Origin: Scyliorhinus canicula
Taxonomy: Eukaryota
Assembly (NCBI RefSeq): GCF_902713615.1
Contig: NC_052164.1
Coordinates: forward strand, 105,600,989 to 105,664,988
Direction of reading: 5' to 3'
Length of the DNA stretch: 64,000 nt
In this document: positions 11,756 through 24,329 of the stretch, piece by piece
How the letters are laid out: each line of letters starts with the position of its first letter
How positions within the stretch are numbered: the first letter of the stretch is position 1
Notes under the pieces: generated by a model
The model's database searches: none
The model's input: the letters and a program-made list of their open reading frames with translations, nothing else
Told to the model about the DNA's origin: nothing
Made by a program: the position numbers and the translations under genes

Positions 11756-12205
11756 TTCTTTTTATTTATTTACTTTTCCAATTACCACATCCTTTTGCCA
11801 CCCTCTCCCTTTCTCCACCTCCATATTTGTTTAAAGCCTGTTGTATCTCACCTTATTCCAGTTCCGATGAGACCCGAAATTGCCCTTAGTGTCCAAAATT
11901 CTATGATCTATGATTAACCTAGGACAAAAGTTCGGCATTACATTGTGGGCTGAAGGGCCTGTTCTGTGCTGTATTTTTCTATTAACAGGAGTGTTGGAGA
12001 AGATCATTCAGATCACACAGTCTGCTCCCCAGTTCAATTAGATCACTACTGACCATCCATCCCAACACCATTTCCTGCACGATCTCCTCATCCCTTAATG
12101 CGATTGGTGTCCACAAATCTATTTTTTTCTTTAAAATTCTCAGTTACTGAGCTTCCACAGCCTCTGGTGTAGAAAGTTCCAAAGATTCACCATCCTCTGG
12201 CTGAA

Positions 12206-12383
12206 GGGGCTGTTTAGCACAGGGCTAAATCACTGGCTTTGAAAGCAGACCAAGCATGCCAGCAGCACGGTTCGATTCCCGTAACAGCCTCCCCGAACAG
12301 GCGCCGGAATGTGGCGACTAGGGGCTTTTCACAGTAACTTCATTGAAGCCTACTCGTGACAATAAGCGATTTTCATTTCATTT
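12206..12383 (+). mobile_element. Second tRNA-derived SINE family, (ATTTC)n tail
   Basis: ggggctgtttagc head, GGTTCGATTCCC B-box; second copy at 36315-36491. Confidence 0.8.
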
Positions 12384-12466
12384 CCTCATCTCAGTCTTAC
12401 ATTTCCTGTCCCTTATTCTCAGACTGGTTTTGGACACACCAGCCGTGAGAATCACCCTATTCACAT

Positions 12467-12729
12467 TGATGAGCCATCAATTGCACGAGAGACGAGTTGC
12501 TATACAAAAGTTAGGCTTCAATAAGCTAGAACTTAGCCCTGCGGTTGTCTACAATAAAATGGACGACCGCCGGGCGCTTCGACTATTTATACCTCGGTAA
12601 GGAGGCGTGGTTAACTCAGCCTCTCAACCAATCGGAGAGCTGTCACATGACTGGTCTCAACCAATCGGTCGAGAGGCACATGACCGACCAGCACCAATGG
12701 CAGACAGCTATGCAAATCATATCACCACA
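12467..12729 (-). repeat. Gypsy 3' LTR (263 bp)
   Basis: Direct repeat of 17347-17622, differing by an 11-bp and a 24-bp indel and a few substitutions. Confidence 0.95.
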
Positions 12730-13240
12730 TTCACCCCTTGCAGAGAAAGAGGCCGGGGGGGGGGGGGGGGGGGGGGGGGGACTGGTGATATGAGTAGCAG
12801 CCAGGAGGACAAAAATTTTCTCTCCTTTCTTTTATTACATTTTGGGCTTCCCACTGGCCCAGACAATTAGCAATATTACACAAAGTCCCAACAAAGTCCA
12901 TGGAGCTGTTGAAATTTAGATCGATTCGATCAGTCTTTTCGTGGCCCGTGATGTTCTGGCAGACCGCCGCAGTGGAGTAGGTGACGTCGGTTCAGCCGAT
13001 GGTGGTGATTCCGCTGATGTCCTGGAGTCCGGGAGCGATGGTCCTTGAATAGTCTCCGTCACCCGGGCTGGCGGTGGAGACGCCATGGATGGGGAAGGGG
13101 TGACCTGAGTGGGGCGCTGGGGGGAAAAAAACAGGGGGGGGTCTGTGGTGAAGGGGTGAAGGCCGCACGCCGGCGGGTGCCAGGTCCCGGAGGGAGACCG
13201 TGTCCTGCCGACTGTCGGGGTACTCCACATACGCGTACTA

Positions 13241-13586
13241 GGGGCAGCAGGGTAGCATGGTGGTTAGCATAAATGCTTCACAGCTCCAGGGTCCCAGGTT
13301 CGATTCCCGGCTGGGTCACTGTCTGTGTGGAGTCTGCACGTCCTCCCCCTGTGTGCGTGGGTTTCCTCCGGGTGCTCCGGTTTCCTCCCACAGTCCAAAG
13401 ATGTGCGGGTTGGGTGGATTGGCCATGCTAAATTGCCCGTAGTGTCCTAATTAAAGTAAGGTTAAGGGGGGGGTTGTTGGGTTACGGGTATAGGGTGGAT
13501 ACGTGGGTTTGAGTAGGGTGATCATGGCTCGGCACAACATTGAGGGCCGAAGGGCCTGTTCTGTGCTGTACTGTTCTATGTTCTAT
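13241..13586 (+). mobile_element. HE1/V-SINE inserted into the Gypsy integrase C-terminus
   Basis: GTACT TSD (13235-13239, 13587-13591); removal restores ...NPQYAY... Confidence 0.93.
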
Positions 13587-16500
13587 GTACTGCGGGTTAC
13601 TGTGGAGTAACTGGACTTGTTCCACCAACGGGTCGGACTTGTGCACCCGCACATGCTTCCGAAGCAAGATGGGTCCGGGGGTGACCAGCCAGGTCGGGAG
13701 AGGGGATCCGGAGGACGACTTCCTGGGGAAGACAAGGAGACGTTCATGATGTGTCTGATTTGTTGTGGTACAGAGGAGTGAGCGGATAGAATGTAGGGCA
13801 TCGGGGATCACCTCTTGCCATCGGGAAATAGGGAGATCTCCGGACCGGAGGGCCAGCAGTATGGTCTTCCAGATGGTACCATTCTCCCGCTCGACCTGTC
13901 CGTTACCCCGGGGGTTATAGCTGGTCGTCCTGCTAGTGGCGATGCCCCTGTTGAGCAGGAATTGACGCAGCTCATCGCTCATAAATGAGGACCCCCGATC
14001 GCTGTGTATGTACGCGGGGTAGCCGAACAGGGAGAAGATGGAGAGGAGGGCCTTAATGACGTTCGATGTGGTCATGTCGGGGCAGGGAATGCCGAAGGGG
14101 AAGCGGGAGAATTTGTCAATTACCGCCAGGAAGTAAATATTGCAGTTGTTAGAGGGAAGGGGCCCCTTGAAGTCAATGCTGAGACGTTCGAAGGGGCGGG
14201 ATGCTTTTATCAGGTGTGCGCGCTTGGAGTGGTAGAAGTGCAGTTTGCACTCGGCGCAGATGTGGCAGTCACGAGTTACTGTCCTGACTTCCGTGATGGA
14301 GAAAGGCAGGTTGCGGGCCTTAATGAAATGGTAGAAACGGGTCACCCCTGGATGGCAGAGGTCCGCGTGGAGGGAGCGGAGGCGGTCTATCTGCGCGCTG
14401 GCGCAGGTAACGCGGGATAGGGCATCGGAAGGCTCATTGAGCTTCCCAGGACGATACAAGATCTCATAGTTGTACGTGGACAACTCGATCCACCACCCTA
14501 AGATCTTGTCATTCTTGATCTAGCCCCTTTGTGCATTATCAAACATGAAGGCTACTGACCGTTGGTCTGTGAGGAGGGTAAATCTCCAGCCAGCCAAATA
14601 GTGCCTCCAATGTCGCACGGCTTCGACTATGGCCTGGGCTTCCTTTTCCACAGAGGGGTGGCGGAGTTCGGAAGCCTGGAGGGTTCTGGAGAAGAAGGCC
14701 ACGGGTCTGCCCGCTTGGTTCAGGGTGGCGGCCAGAGCAACTTCTGATGCGTCGCTCTCGACCTGGAAGGGGAGGGACTCGTCGATGGCGCGCATCGTGG
14801 CCTTTGCGATGTCCGCTTTGATGCAGCTAAAGGCCTGGCAGGCCTCTGTCGACGGCGGGACGGTCGTGGTTTGAATGAGGGGGCGGGCCTTGTCAGCGTA
14901 GTTGGGAACCCATTGGGCGTAGGAAGCGAAGAAACCCAGGCAGCGTTTGAGGGTAAAGGGGAACGGGAGTTCCATTAGGGGGCACATGCGTTCGGGGTCG
15001 GGGCCTATCACTCCTTTACGCACTACGTAGCCGAGGATGGCTAGACGGTCGGTGCTAAACACGCACTTATCCTTATTGTATGTGAGGTTAAGGGGTTTTG
15101 CGGTTTGGAGGAACTTTTGGAGGTTAATGTCGTGGTCCTGCTGATCGTGGCCGCAGATGGTGACGTTATCGAGATACGGGAAGGTAGCCCGTAATCCGCA
15201 CTTGTCGACCATTCGGTCCATCTCCCGTTGGAAGACCGAGACTCCATTTGTGACACCAAATGGAACCCTAAGGAAGTGGTAGAGGCGCCCGTCAGCCTCG
15301 AAGGCGGTGTACAGTCGGTCACTCGCGCGGAGGGGGGGCTGGTGATAAGCGGACTTAATGTCCACAGTGGAGAAGACGTTGTATTTCGCGATATCGTTTA
15401 CCATGGCGGAAATACGGGGGAGAGGATACACGTCCAGTTGCGTAAACCGGTTGATGGTTTGGCTATAATCGATGACCATCCGGTTTTTCTCCCCCGTCCG
15501 GACCACCAGCACTTGGGCTCGCCAGGGACTGTTGCTGGCCTCGATGACCCCTTCCGTCAGCAACCTCTGGACCTCGGACCTGATGAAGGATCGGTCCTGG
15601 GCGCTGTACCATCTGCTCCGTGTGGCGACGGGTTTGCAATCGGGGGTGAGGTTAGCAAACAGGGAGGGAGGGTCCACTTTGAGGGACGCGAGACTGCAGA
15701 CAGTGAGGGGGGGTATAGGGCAGCCGAATTGGAAGGTCAAGCTCTGCAGGTTGCACTGGAAGTCCAGTCCTAGGAGTGCCGGTGCGCAAAGGTCAGGGAG
15801 GACAAGGAGTTTATAATTTTAAAAAACCCTCCCTTGGACCGTGAGGTCCGCGATGCAGCACCCGGTGATGTGGACGGAGTGCGAACCTGAGGCTAACCCG
15901 ATTTTGCGTGTTACGGGATGGACAGGGAGCGCGCAGCGTCTTACCGTGTCAGGGTGAACGAAGCTTTCCGTGCTCCCGGACTCCAGCAGGCAGCCCGTCT
16001 CGTGGCCGTTGAGGTAGATGAGCGTTGTCGTTTTGGCAAGCGTGCGTGGACGTGACTGGTCGAGCCGAATGGCCGCGAGCCGTGGAGAAAATCCATATTC
16101 GTCGTCGTCATCCGAGTAGGTGCTGGAAGAACCTTGCGTGCCAGTCCCGGAAGGTGGTGCCCAGGACCCGCACGTGGAGTCGGGATCCCAAGATGGCGGC
16201 GCCCATGGGGCCCTCGTGGTTGCTGGGGCCGGGCTAGCAGTGCCGGCGGGCCGATCGGAGCGGCTGGGAGCGGGGGCAGAGAGGCGCGCAGGCCAGGCGC
16301 GGGGGGGGCGAGCTGAGAGTAGCACGGTGCACTGGAGGGGCCCCGGAGGAGAGAGAGGCACGCAGGCCAGGCGCGGGGGCCGGGGGGCGGGGGGGGGGGG
16401 GGGGGGAGTTGTGCGGCGTCTAGGAGGGGACCGGGAGGGCCCAGAGGAGAGAGAGAGACGCGCAGGCTGGGCGCGGGGGCCGGGGGGCGAGGGGGGAGAG

Positions 16501-17328
16501 ATCAGCACGGCATACTGGAGGGGCCAGCAAGGGCCCGGAGGGGGGGATCCCTGGTCGCTGCGCAGAACCGCAGCGACCGTTTTGACCTGGCATACGGAGG
16601 AGAAGTGGCCCTTCTTCCCGCAGCTCTTACAGAGGGCGGAGTGGGCCGGGCAGCGCGGGCGAGGGTGTTTAGCGAACCCACAGAAATAGCAGCGGGGCCC
16701 CGTGGATTTGTCGGGGCGTCCCACGGCGCAGGCCTGAGGGGGGTCGGGAGCGGCGGATGGCGGTGGGGAAGTGTGCCAGGAGGCCCAGGGTGGTGCAGCG
16801 CGGCTGGGGGGATAGGCGCGAGCGTTTAGATCGGCGACCTCCAGGGAGGTGGAGAGAGTCCGTGCCTCAGTTAGGCTGAGGTCATCTTTCTCCAGCATCC
16901 GCTGGCGGATAGCGGCAGACTGCATCCCAGCCACGTAAGCATCTCTGATCAGTAGTTCCATGTGCTCCGTAGCTGAAACAGCGAGGCAGGAGCAGTTCCT
17001 CCCCAGGATAGCGAGGGGCTGGTAAAAATCGTCTAATGACTCACCGGGGAGCTGTTGTCTGGTGGCCAGCAGATGTCGGGCGAATACTCTGTTGACTGGT
17101 TTAAGAAACTGTCCATTCAGCTTTAGTATGGCGGCATCGTAATCTTTCTCCTCCTGCTATACCCACGCTGGAGTGGAGGATGTGAAGCTTCTGTGCCATG
17201 GTGGGGGGGCTGTTTGCAGACGCCAGGTATCCTTCGAGACATGTCAGCCAATGTTGAAAAAGTTCTGCAGAGTTCGGAGTTTGCGGGCTGATGCGGAGGC
17301 ATTCGGGCCTGATCCAGAACTCCATCAA
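13587..17328 (-). pseudogene. Gypsy gag-pol pseudogene
   Basis: ORF pieces 17101-17328, 15819-16961, 14520-15740, 13482-14483; protease triad reads ESG; RT YLDN; IN SIDFKGP/IHSDRG/VERENG. Confidence 0.9.
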
Positions 17329-17346
17329 AAATCTAGTTTATTAAAT

Positions 17347-17622
17347 TGATGAGCCATCAATTGCACGAGAGACGAGTTGCTGTACAAAAGTTAGGCTTTA
17401 ATAAGCTAGAACTTAGCCCTGCGGTTGTCTACAATAAAATGGAGGACCGCTGGGCGCTTCGACTATTTATACCTCGGTAAGGAGGTGTGGTTAACTCAGC
17501 CTCTCGAGCTGTCACATGACTGGTCTCAACCAATCGGTCGAGAGGCACATGACCGACCAGGGCCAATGGTAAGCCGGTGTTCTGCACCAATGGCAGACAG
17601 CTATGCAAATCATATCACCACA
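17347..17622 (-). repeat. Gypsy 5' LTR (276 bp)
   Basis: CCAAT motifs; TATAAAT near 17471-17465; ATTAAA at 17402-17397. Confidence 0.95.
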
Positions 17623-18184
17623 CACATCAACCCATCAAGTCTGCACCACCTCTCTGAAAGAGCCCCCTAGCTAGGCCCACACCCCCACCTAACCCTGTCC
17701 TGTAAGAGGTTTGTAACTTTGAATGAGATCATATCTCATTCTTCTAAACTCTAGAGAATACAGGCCCAGTTTTCGCAAATCTCTCCTCATGAAAACAATC
17801 CCGCCATCTCGTGGAATAGCCCTAGTCAACCTCCATTGCGCTCCATCTATGGCAAGTATGTCCACCTTAATAAAGAATCAAAACTGTACACTCACTATCC
17901 ACAGATATCACAATGCTGAGATGTTGTGATCTTTGCTGCATCAATTAACTAATGCGAATAACCTTTCTCATTGGTAATTTTTCTATGAACGGACACTAGG
18001 ATAACAAATAAAAAATCTCCGTTACTCGCTGTGCATTTCACATCAGGGTATTCCCAAAGCACTTTCTATCCAACAAAGTAGGTTATTGAAAAATCACTGT
18101 TTCAATGTAGCCATCAATTAGTGCTTAATATAAACTAATCAAACCTGTATTCGAAGCTGCCAACTTGTGACAATAAGCGATTTT

Positions 18185-19010
18185 CATTTCAACAGCCTCA
18201 CTGTGTCTCGAAGCTGTCCACTGACCCCATCAACTCAAATTTGATCTTTTCCACCGCAGAAAGTTATCCAGGTCCCCCAGTCAGACCGTCACCCTGCGGC
18301 GTATCTGACCTCCAATCAGCAAGATCCTTCGCCGGGCAGTTAGAGAGGCGAAGGCCACGACATCAGTCCCCTTCTCCTCCAGCAGCTCCAGCATTTCTAA
18401 TACCCCAAAGGTCGCTATCATTGGGTCCAGCCTGACCTCTAACCCCACAATTTTAGCTAACATCCCAAACACCGCTTCCCAGTAACTCTCCAGCTTCTTG
18501 CAACACCAGAACGCGTGCGCATGATTTGCCGGCCCTCGCCTACACTTCTCACCCCCATCAGCCACCCCCTGTAAGAATCAATTCATTCTCGCCCAGGTCG
18601 TAGGAACCCTGTGCAGCATCTTAAACTGAATCAAGCTCATCCTCACTCAGGAGGAGGTTGAATTCACCCTGTGCATCGCCTCACACCACAGCTGCCAGCC
18701 CATCCCCCCCCCCCCCAACTCCTCCTCCCATTTATTCTTGATCCTCACCAGCTGCACGCCCCCCCCCCCACTCCCCCCCCACTCCCCCCACCACCCATAT
18801 ATATCCCCAATCCTACTCGCCCCCGACTCATTCGGGAACAGCAGTTGCTGGAAAAGGGTGTACCCCAGCAGCCTGGGAAACGTCCTCCACTCCTTCCATG
18901 CAAAATCCCTTGCCTACATTTATCTGAATTCACTCCCCCTCAGTAACTCAAACCTCTCCAGCAACTCATCCAGTACTGCAAACTGCCCTTCCAAACACAG
19001 GTCCCTCACC
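18185..19010 (-). mobile_element. L1-clade ORF2 C-terminal fragment
   Basis: CRRGPANHAHAFWCC...LTARRRILL motifs. Confidence 0.8.
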
Positions 19011-19695
19011 ACATTTCAGGTTGAGCATCTGTGAGACAGAGAGTGTCATGGGTAGCACGTATAGAGAGGTGGTCACACCGCAGGCTCAGACTCCGCAGGC
19101 AGGCAGGGAATGGGTGACCTCCAGGCAGAGGAAGAGAGCGAGGCAGGTAGTGCAGGAATCTCCTGTGGCCATTCCCTTGCAGAACAGATATACCATTTTG
19201 GATACTGTGGAGGGGAATGGCCTCTCAGGGGAAAGCAGCAACAGCCGTGGTTGGTTCTGCTGCAGGAGGGAGGAGTAGTAAGTGTGACAGTGCAATAGTT
19301 AAAGGAGATTCGATTGTAAGGGGAATAGAGAGGCGTTTCTGTGGCTGCAAACGAGACTCCAGGATGGAATGCTACCTCCCTGGTGCTGAGGTCAAGGATG
19401 TCTTGGAGCGGGAACTGGACATTCTGGAGGGGGAGGGTGAACAACCAGTGGTTGTGATGCACTTCGGTACAAACGACATAGGTAAAAAAACGGGATGAGG
19501 TCATGACAGCAGAATACAGGTATTAGTACAGATTATGTGGAATCTGTCTGGGTGGAGTTAAGAAACATCAAGGGGCAAAAACCTTTTGGAGGGGTGGTGT
19601 ACAGACCACCAAACTGCAGTGGTAATGTCGGAAATAATTAGGCAGGAAATCAGAGATGCATGTGATAAAGGATCATCTGTGATTATAGGTGACTT

Positions 19696-19923
19696 TTTAA
19701 AAAAATGTAGAGTATCCAATTCATTTTTTCCAATTAAGGGGCAATTTAGCGTGGCCAATCCTCCTACTCTGCACATCTTTGGGTTGTGGGGGTGAGACCA
19801 ACGCAAACACGGGGAGAATGTGCAAACTCCACACAGACAGTGACCCAGAGCCGGGATCGAAGCTGGGACCTCGGCGCCGTGAGGCAGCAGCGCTAACCCA
19901 CTGACTGCGCCCCCGTGCTGCCT
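19696..19923 (-). mobile_element. A-tailed V-SINE with 16-bp TSD
   Basis: tgattatRggtgactt at 19680-19695 and 19924-19939. Confidence 0.9.
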
Positions 19924-20752
19924 TGATTATGGGTGACTTCAATCTGCATATAAATTGGGTGAATCAAATTAGTCACAGTACAATAGAGAGGGAATTTCTG
20001 GAGTGTACACGGGATGGTTTTCTGGACCAATACATTGAGGAACTAACAAGGGAACAGGCCATTTGGACTGGGTGTTGTGCAGTGAGAAAGGATTAGTTGG
20101 CAGTCTGGTTGTGAGAGAACCCTTGGGGATGAGTGACCATAATATGGTAAAATTCTTTATCAAAGTGAATAGTGAGTTAGTTGGTTAGGTATGAACTGGC
20201 TATGGCGGACTGGGAAACATTACTGAAAGGAAGGACAGCGGACAGACAATGGCAACATTCAAGGAATGGACAGGTGAACGGCAAAAGTTGTTTATTCCTA
20301 TTTGGCACAGGAGTAGAAAGGGAACTGTGGCCAAACCATGGTCTACAAGGGAAATTAGAGATAGTATTGGATTCAAAGAAGAGGCATAAAAAATGGCAAG
20401 AAAAAGCAACAGACTGAGGATTGGGAACAGTTTAAAATTCAGCAAAGGTGGACCAAGGGATTGATTGAAAAGGGGAAAATACAATTTGAAAGTAAACTAG
20501 CGGGGAACATAAACCATGACTATAAAAGTTTCTACAAGACCCCTAACAGTCAGAAACGGGGGAATTCATAACAGGGAACAAAGAAATAGCTGAGGAACTA
20601 AATTTGTACTTTGCTTCTGTCTTCACAAAGGAAGACAGGAATAATATACTGTAAGTTCTGAGTAACGTAAGTTTTAGTGATGAGCTGAATGAAATTAGTA
20701 TTGGTAAAGAAATGGTTTTGCAGAAATTAATGGGATTGAAGGCGGACACATC

Positions 20753-22350
20753 TAGGGGGGAGGTATTTGCTCGAGCTGTTGGGAAGGGTTTAAACTAATG
20801 TGGCAGGGGGATGGGAACTGATGCAGGAAGTTGGAAGGTAGTAAAACAGGAACAGAAGCAAAAGGAAGTAAGGGGGAAGTGTAAGGCAGAGAGGCCATAG
20901 TCAAAAATCAAAAAGGGCGACAATACAAGGTACAGTGACTGAGGGGAGCTCAGTGAATAGGCCCAGTAATACTAAAAGGAATAAAACGGGAAGTAAAAAC
21001 ATTAATGGTAAGCGACGCGGCAGGTTGTTACATGAAGATATGGGTTCAACAACAAGGAAAATTAGGAGAAAAGTTAATAGGAAATATAACTTAGGAGAGG
21101 TTACTGATCGAGGTGTTAAGATTCAAAACAGAGGTATAAAAGCCAACATAAGTGTACTTTACCTGAATGCTCGTAGTATTCGGAATAAGGTAAATGAGTT
21201 GATGGCGCAAATCATCGTGAATGACTGTGATTTAGTGGCCATCACTGAAACATGGTTAAAGGATGGTCACGACTGGGAGTTAAATATCCGAGGGTATCAA
21301 ACTATTCGGAAGGACAGAGTGGATGGTAAAGGAGGTGGTGTAGCTCTGTTATTTAAGGATGACATCCGGGCAATAGTAAGGGATGACACCGGTGCTATGG
21401 AGGATAAGGTTGAATCCATTTGGGTGGAAATCAGGAATAGTAAGGCGAAAAAGTCACTGATAGGAGTAATCTATAGGTCACCAAATAGTAACGTTATGGT
21501 GGGGCAGGCAATAAACAAAGAAATAATGGATGCATGTAGAAATGGTACAGCAGTTATCATGCGGGATTTTAATCTACATGTCGATTGGTTTAACCAGGTC
21601 GGTCAAGGCAGCCTTGAGGAGGAGTTTATAGAATGTATCCGCGATAGTTTCCTAGAACAGTATGTAATGGAACCTACAAGGGAACAAGTGGTCCTAGATC
21701 TTGTCCTGTGTAATGAGACATTGCTAGAGGGACAGAGTTTAAGACTAGGGAGGTTATGCTGCAATTGTATAAGGTGTTAGTGAGGCCACACCTGGAGTAT
21801 TGTGTTCAGTTTTGGTCTCCTTACTTGAGAAAGGACGTACTGGCACTGGAGGGTGTGCAGAGGAGATTCACTAGGTTAATCCCAGAGCTCAAGGGTTGGA
21901 TTACGAGGAGAGGTTGGGTAGACTGGGACTGTACTCGTTGGAATTTAGAAGGATGAGGGGGGATCTTATAGAAACATATAAAATTATGAAGGGAATAGAT
22001 AAGATAGATGCGGGCAGGTTGTTTCCACTGGCGGGTGAAAGCAGAACTAGGGGGCATAGCCTCAAAATAAGGGGAAGTAGATTTAGGATTGAGTTTAGGA
22101 GGAACTTCTTCACCCAAAGGGTTGTGAATCTATGGAATTCCTTGCCCAGTGAAGCAGTTGAGGCTCCCTCATTAAATGTTTTTAAGATAAAGATAGATAG
22201 TTTTTTGAAGAATAAATGGATTAAGGGTTATGGTGTTTGGGCCGGAAAGTGGAGCTGAGTCCACAAAAGATCAGCCATGATCTCATTGAATAGCGGAGCA
22301 GGCACGAGGGACCAGATGGCCTACTCCTGCTCCAAGTTCTTATGTTCTTA
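20753..22350 (+). mobile_element. Younger CR1 with APE endonuclease and an internal deletion of the RT
   Basis: YLNARSIRNK..ITETWL..DFN..LDLVLCNET jumps at ~21720 to the ORF2 C-terminus; splits the host KADKSPGPD-like motif. Confidence 0.88.
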
Positions 22351-22453
22351 TCTCCTGGGCCTGATCACCTTCATCCCAGAGTAGTTAAGGAAGTGGCCCG
22401 AGAAATGGTCGATCCATTGGTGGTCATGTTCCAACTGACTCTGAAATGATTCA

Positions 22454-22812
22454 GGGGCAGCGCGGTAGCATGGTGGTTAGCATAAATGCTTCACAGCTCC
22501 AGGGTCCCAGGTTCGATTCCCGGCTGGGTCACTGTCTGTGCGGAGTCTGCACGTCCTCCCCGTGTGTGCGTGGGATTCCTCCGGGTGCTCCGGTTTCCTC
22601 CCACAGTCCAAAGATGTGCGGGTTAGGTGGATTGGCTATGCTAAATTGCCCGTAGTGTCCTAAAAAGTAAGGTTAAGGGGGGGTGTTCTTGGGTTACGGG
22701 TATAGGGTGGATACGTGGGTTTGAGTAGGGTGATCATTGCTCGGCACAACATCGAGGGCCGAAGGGCCTGTTCTGTGCTGTACTGTTCTATGTTCTGTGT
22801 TCTATGTTCTAT
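22454..22812 (+). mobile_element. HE1/V-SINE
   Basis: Near-identical to 13241-13586. Confidence 0.92.
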
Positions 22813-23097
22813 GATTCCTACAAATTGGAGGGTAGCGAATGTAACCCCACTATTCAAAAAGGGAGGTAGAGAAAAAACAGGGAACTATTGACCAGTGAGC
22901 CAGACGTTGGCAGTAGGGAAGTTGCTGGAGTTTATTATCAAGGATTTCATAGCACAGCATTTGGAAAGCAGTGGTGTAATCAGACATGGATTTACGAAAG
23001 GAAAATCATGCTGGAAATCTACTCAAATTATTTGAAGATGGAACCAGGGAGAACCAGTAGATGTGGTTTATTTAGACTTTCAGAAGACTTTCGACAA

Positions 23098-23444
23098 GGG
23101 GCAGCACGGTAGCATGGTGGTTAGCATAAATGCTTCACAGCTCCAGGGTCCCAGGTTCGGTTCCTGGCTGGGTCACTGTCTGTGTGGAGTCTGCACGTCC
23201 TCCCCGTGTGTGCGTGGGTTTCCTCCGGGTGCTTCGATTTCCTCCCACAGTCCAAAGATGTGCGGGTTAGGTGGATTGGCCATGCTAAATTGCCCGTAGT
23301 GTTCTAAAAAGTAAGGTTAGGGATGGGGGGGGGTTGGGTTACGGGTATAGGGTAGATACATGGGTTTGAGTAGGGTGATCATTGCTCGGCACAACATTCA
23401 GGGCCGAAGGGCCTGTTCTGTGCTGTACTGTTCTATGTTCTATG
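23098..23444 (+). mobile_element. HE1/V-SINE
   Basis: Near-identical to 13241-13586. Confidence 0.92.
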
Positions 23445-23724
23445 TCTAACATCGCAGATTAATATGTAAAGTTGAAGCACATGGGATTCCGGGTAGTGTC
23501 TTGAGATGGATAGAAAGCTGGTTAGCAGACAGGAAGCAAAAACTTTGGAATAAGTGGATCTTTTTCTGATTGGCAGGCAGTGACTAGTGGGGGACCGAAG
23601 GGATCTGTGCCAGGACCTCAACTGTTCACATTATATATCAATGATTTGGAAGATGAACTAAATGTATTGTCTCCAAATTTGCAGATGATACAAAGTTGGG
23701 TGGGAGGGTGAGCTGTGAGGAGGA

Positions 23725-24011
23725 TCATAGAATCTGTACAGTGCAGAAGGAGGCCATTCAGCACATCGAGTCTACCTCAATCCTCTGAAAGAGCATCCTC
23801 CCTAGGCCCATTTTCCCAACATATCCCTGTACCCTCACCTAACCTGCAGTTCTTTGGGCTGTGGGAGGAAATTGGAGCACCTGGAGGAAACCCACGCAGA
23901 CACTGGGAGACACAAGGTGAATGTGCAAACTCCACACAGTGTCCCAAGGCTGGAATTGAACCCAGGTCTCTGGCACTGTGAGGCAGCAGTGCTAACCACT
24001 GTGCCACTGTG
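23725..24011 (-). mobile_element. Older V-SINE
   Basis: Diverged core and tail. Confidence 0.8.
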
Positions 24012-24329
24012 CGACCTGAAATATTTATTTGCTTTGAAAACCTGGTTTCTCTATCCAGAGATGCTCCCCGATCGGCCGAGTATTTCCAGCATTTTCAGTT
24101 GTAATTAAAGCAGATTTTGGTTGTTTTTAGGATCTTGCTGTGTATAAATCAGGACTGCCTTTCAAACTACAATTCAGTTGGTTTCAGATGTTGCGGATGA
24201 GAATAAAATATCTTTCACAATTATTCCAGTGATTTGAATCATTGAATCATGTTTTATGGTTGTGGAGAGAATAGACAGACTAAAATCTCAATGCCTCAGT
24301 TTTAGGCGCTATCCCAATGCAGGTTGCTG

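Larger units (their letters stand above)
12467..17622 (-). mobile_element. Full-length Ty3/Gypsy LTR retrotransposon (gag-PR-RT-RH-IN), inactivated
   Basis: LTRs 17347-17622 and 12467-12729 with TG...CA ends; CACAT TSD (12462-12466, 17623-17627); PPT aaggggtgaa; two gag zinc knuckles; RT, RNase H, HHCC/DDE integrase in Gypsy order; frameshifts, a stop at 14520 and a SINE in the integrase. Confidence 0.97.
19015..23720 (+). mobile_element. Old CR1 LINE (esterase-like ORF1 plus ORF2 pieces) with nested insertions
   Basis: GDSIVRGIERRFCG SGNH-like ORF1; decayed endonuclease and RT pieces; interrupted by SINEs and a younger CR1. Confidence 0.85.

Noticed and set aside
5600-24250. APOA5 or APOC3 exons expected from human synteny
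   Set aside because: No convincing exon found by eye; short divergent exons could be missed, so tBLASTN is needed
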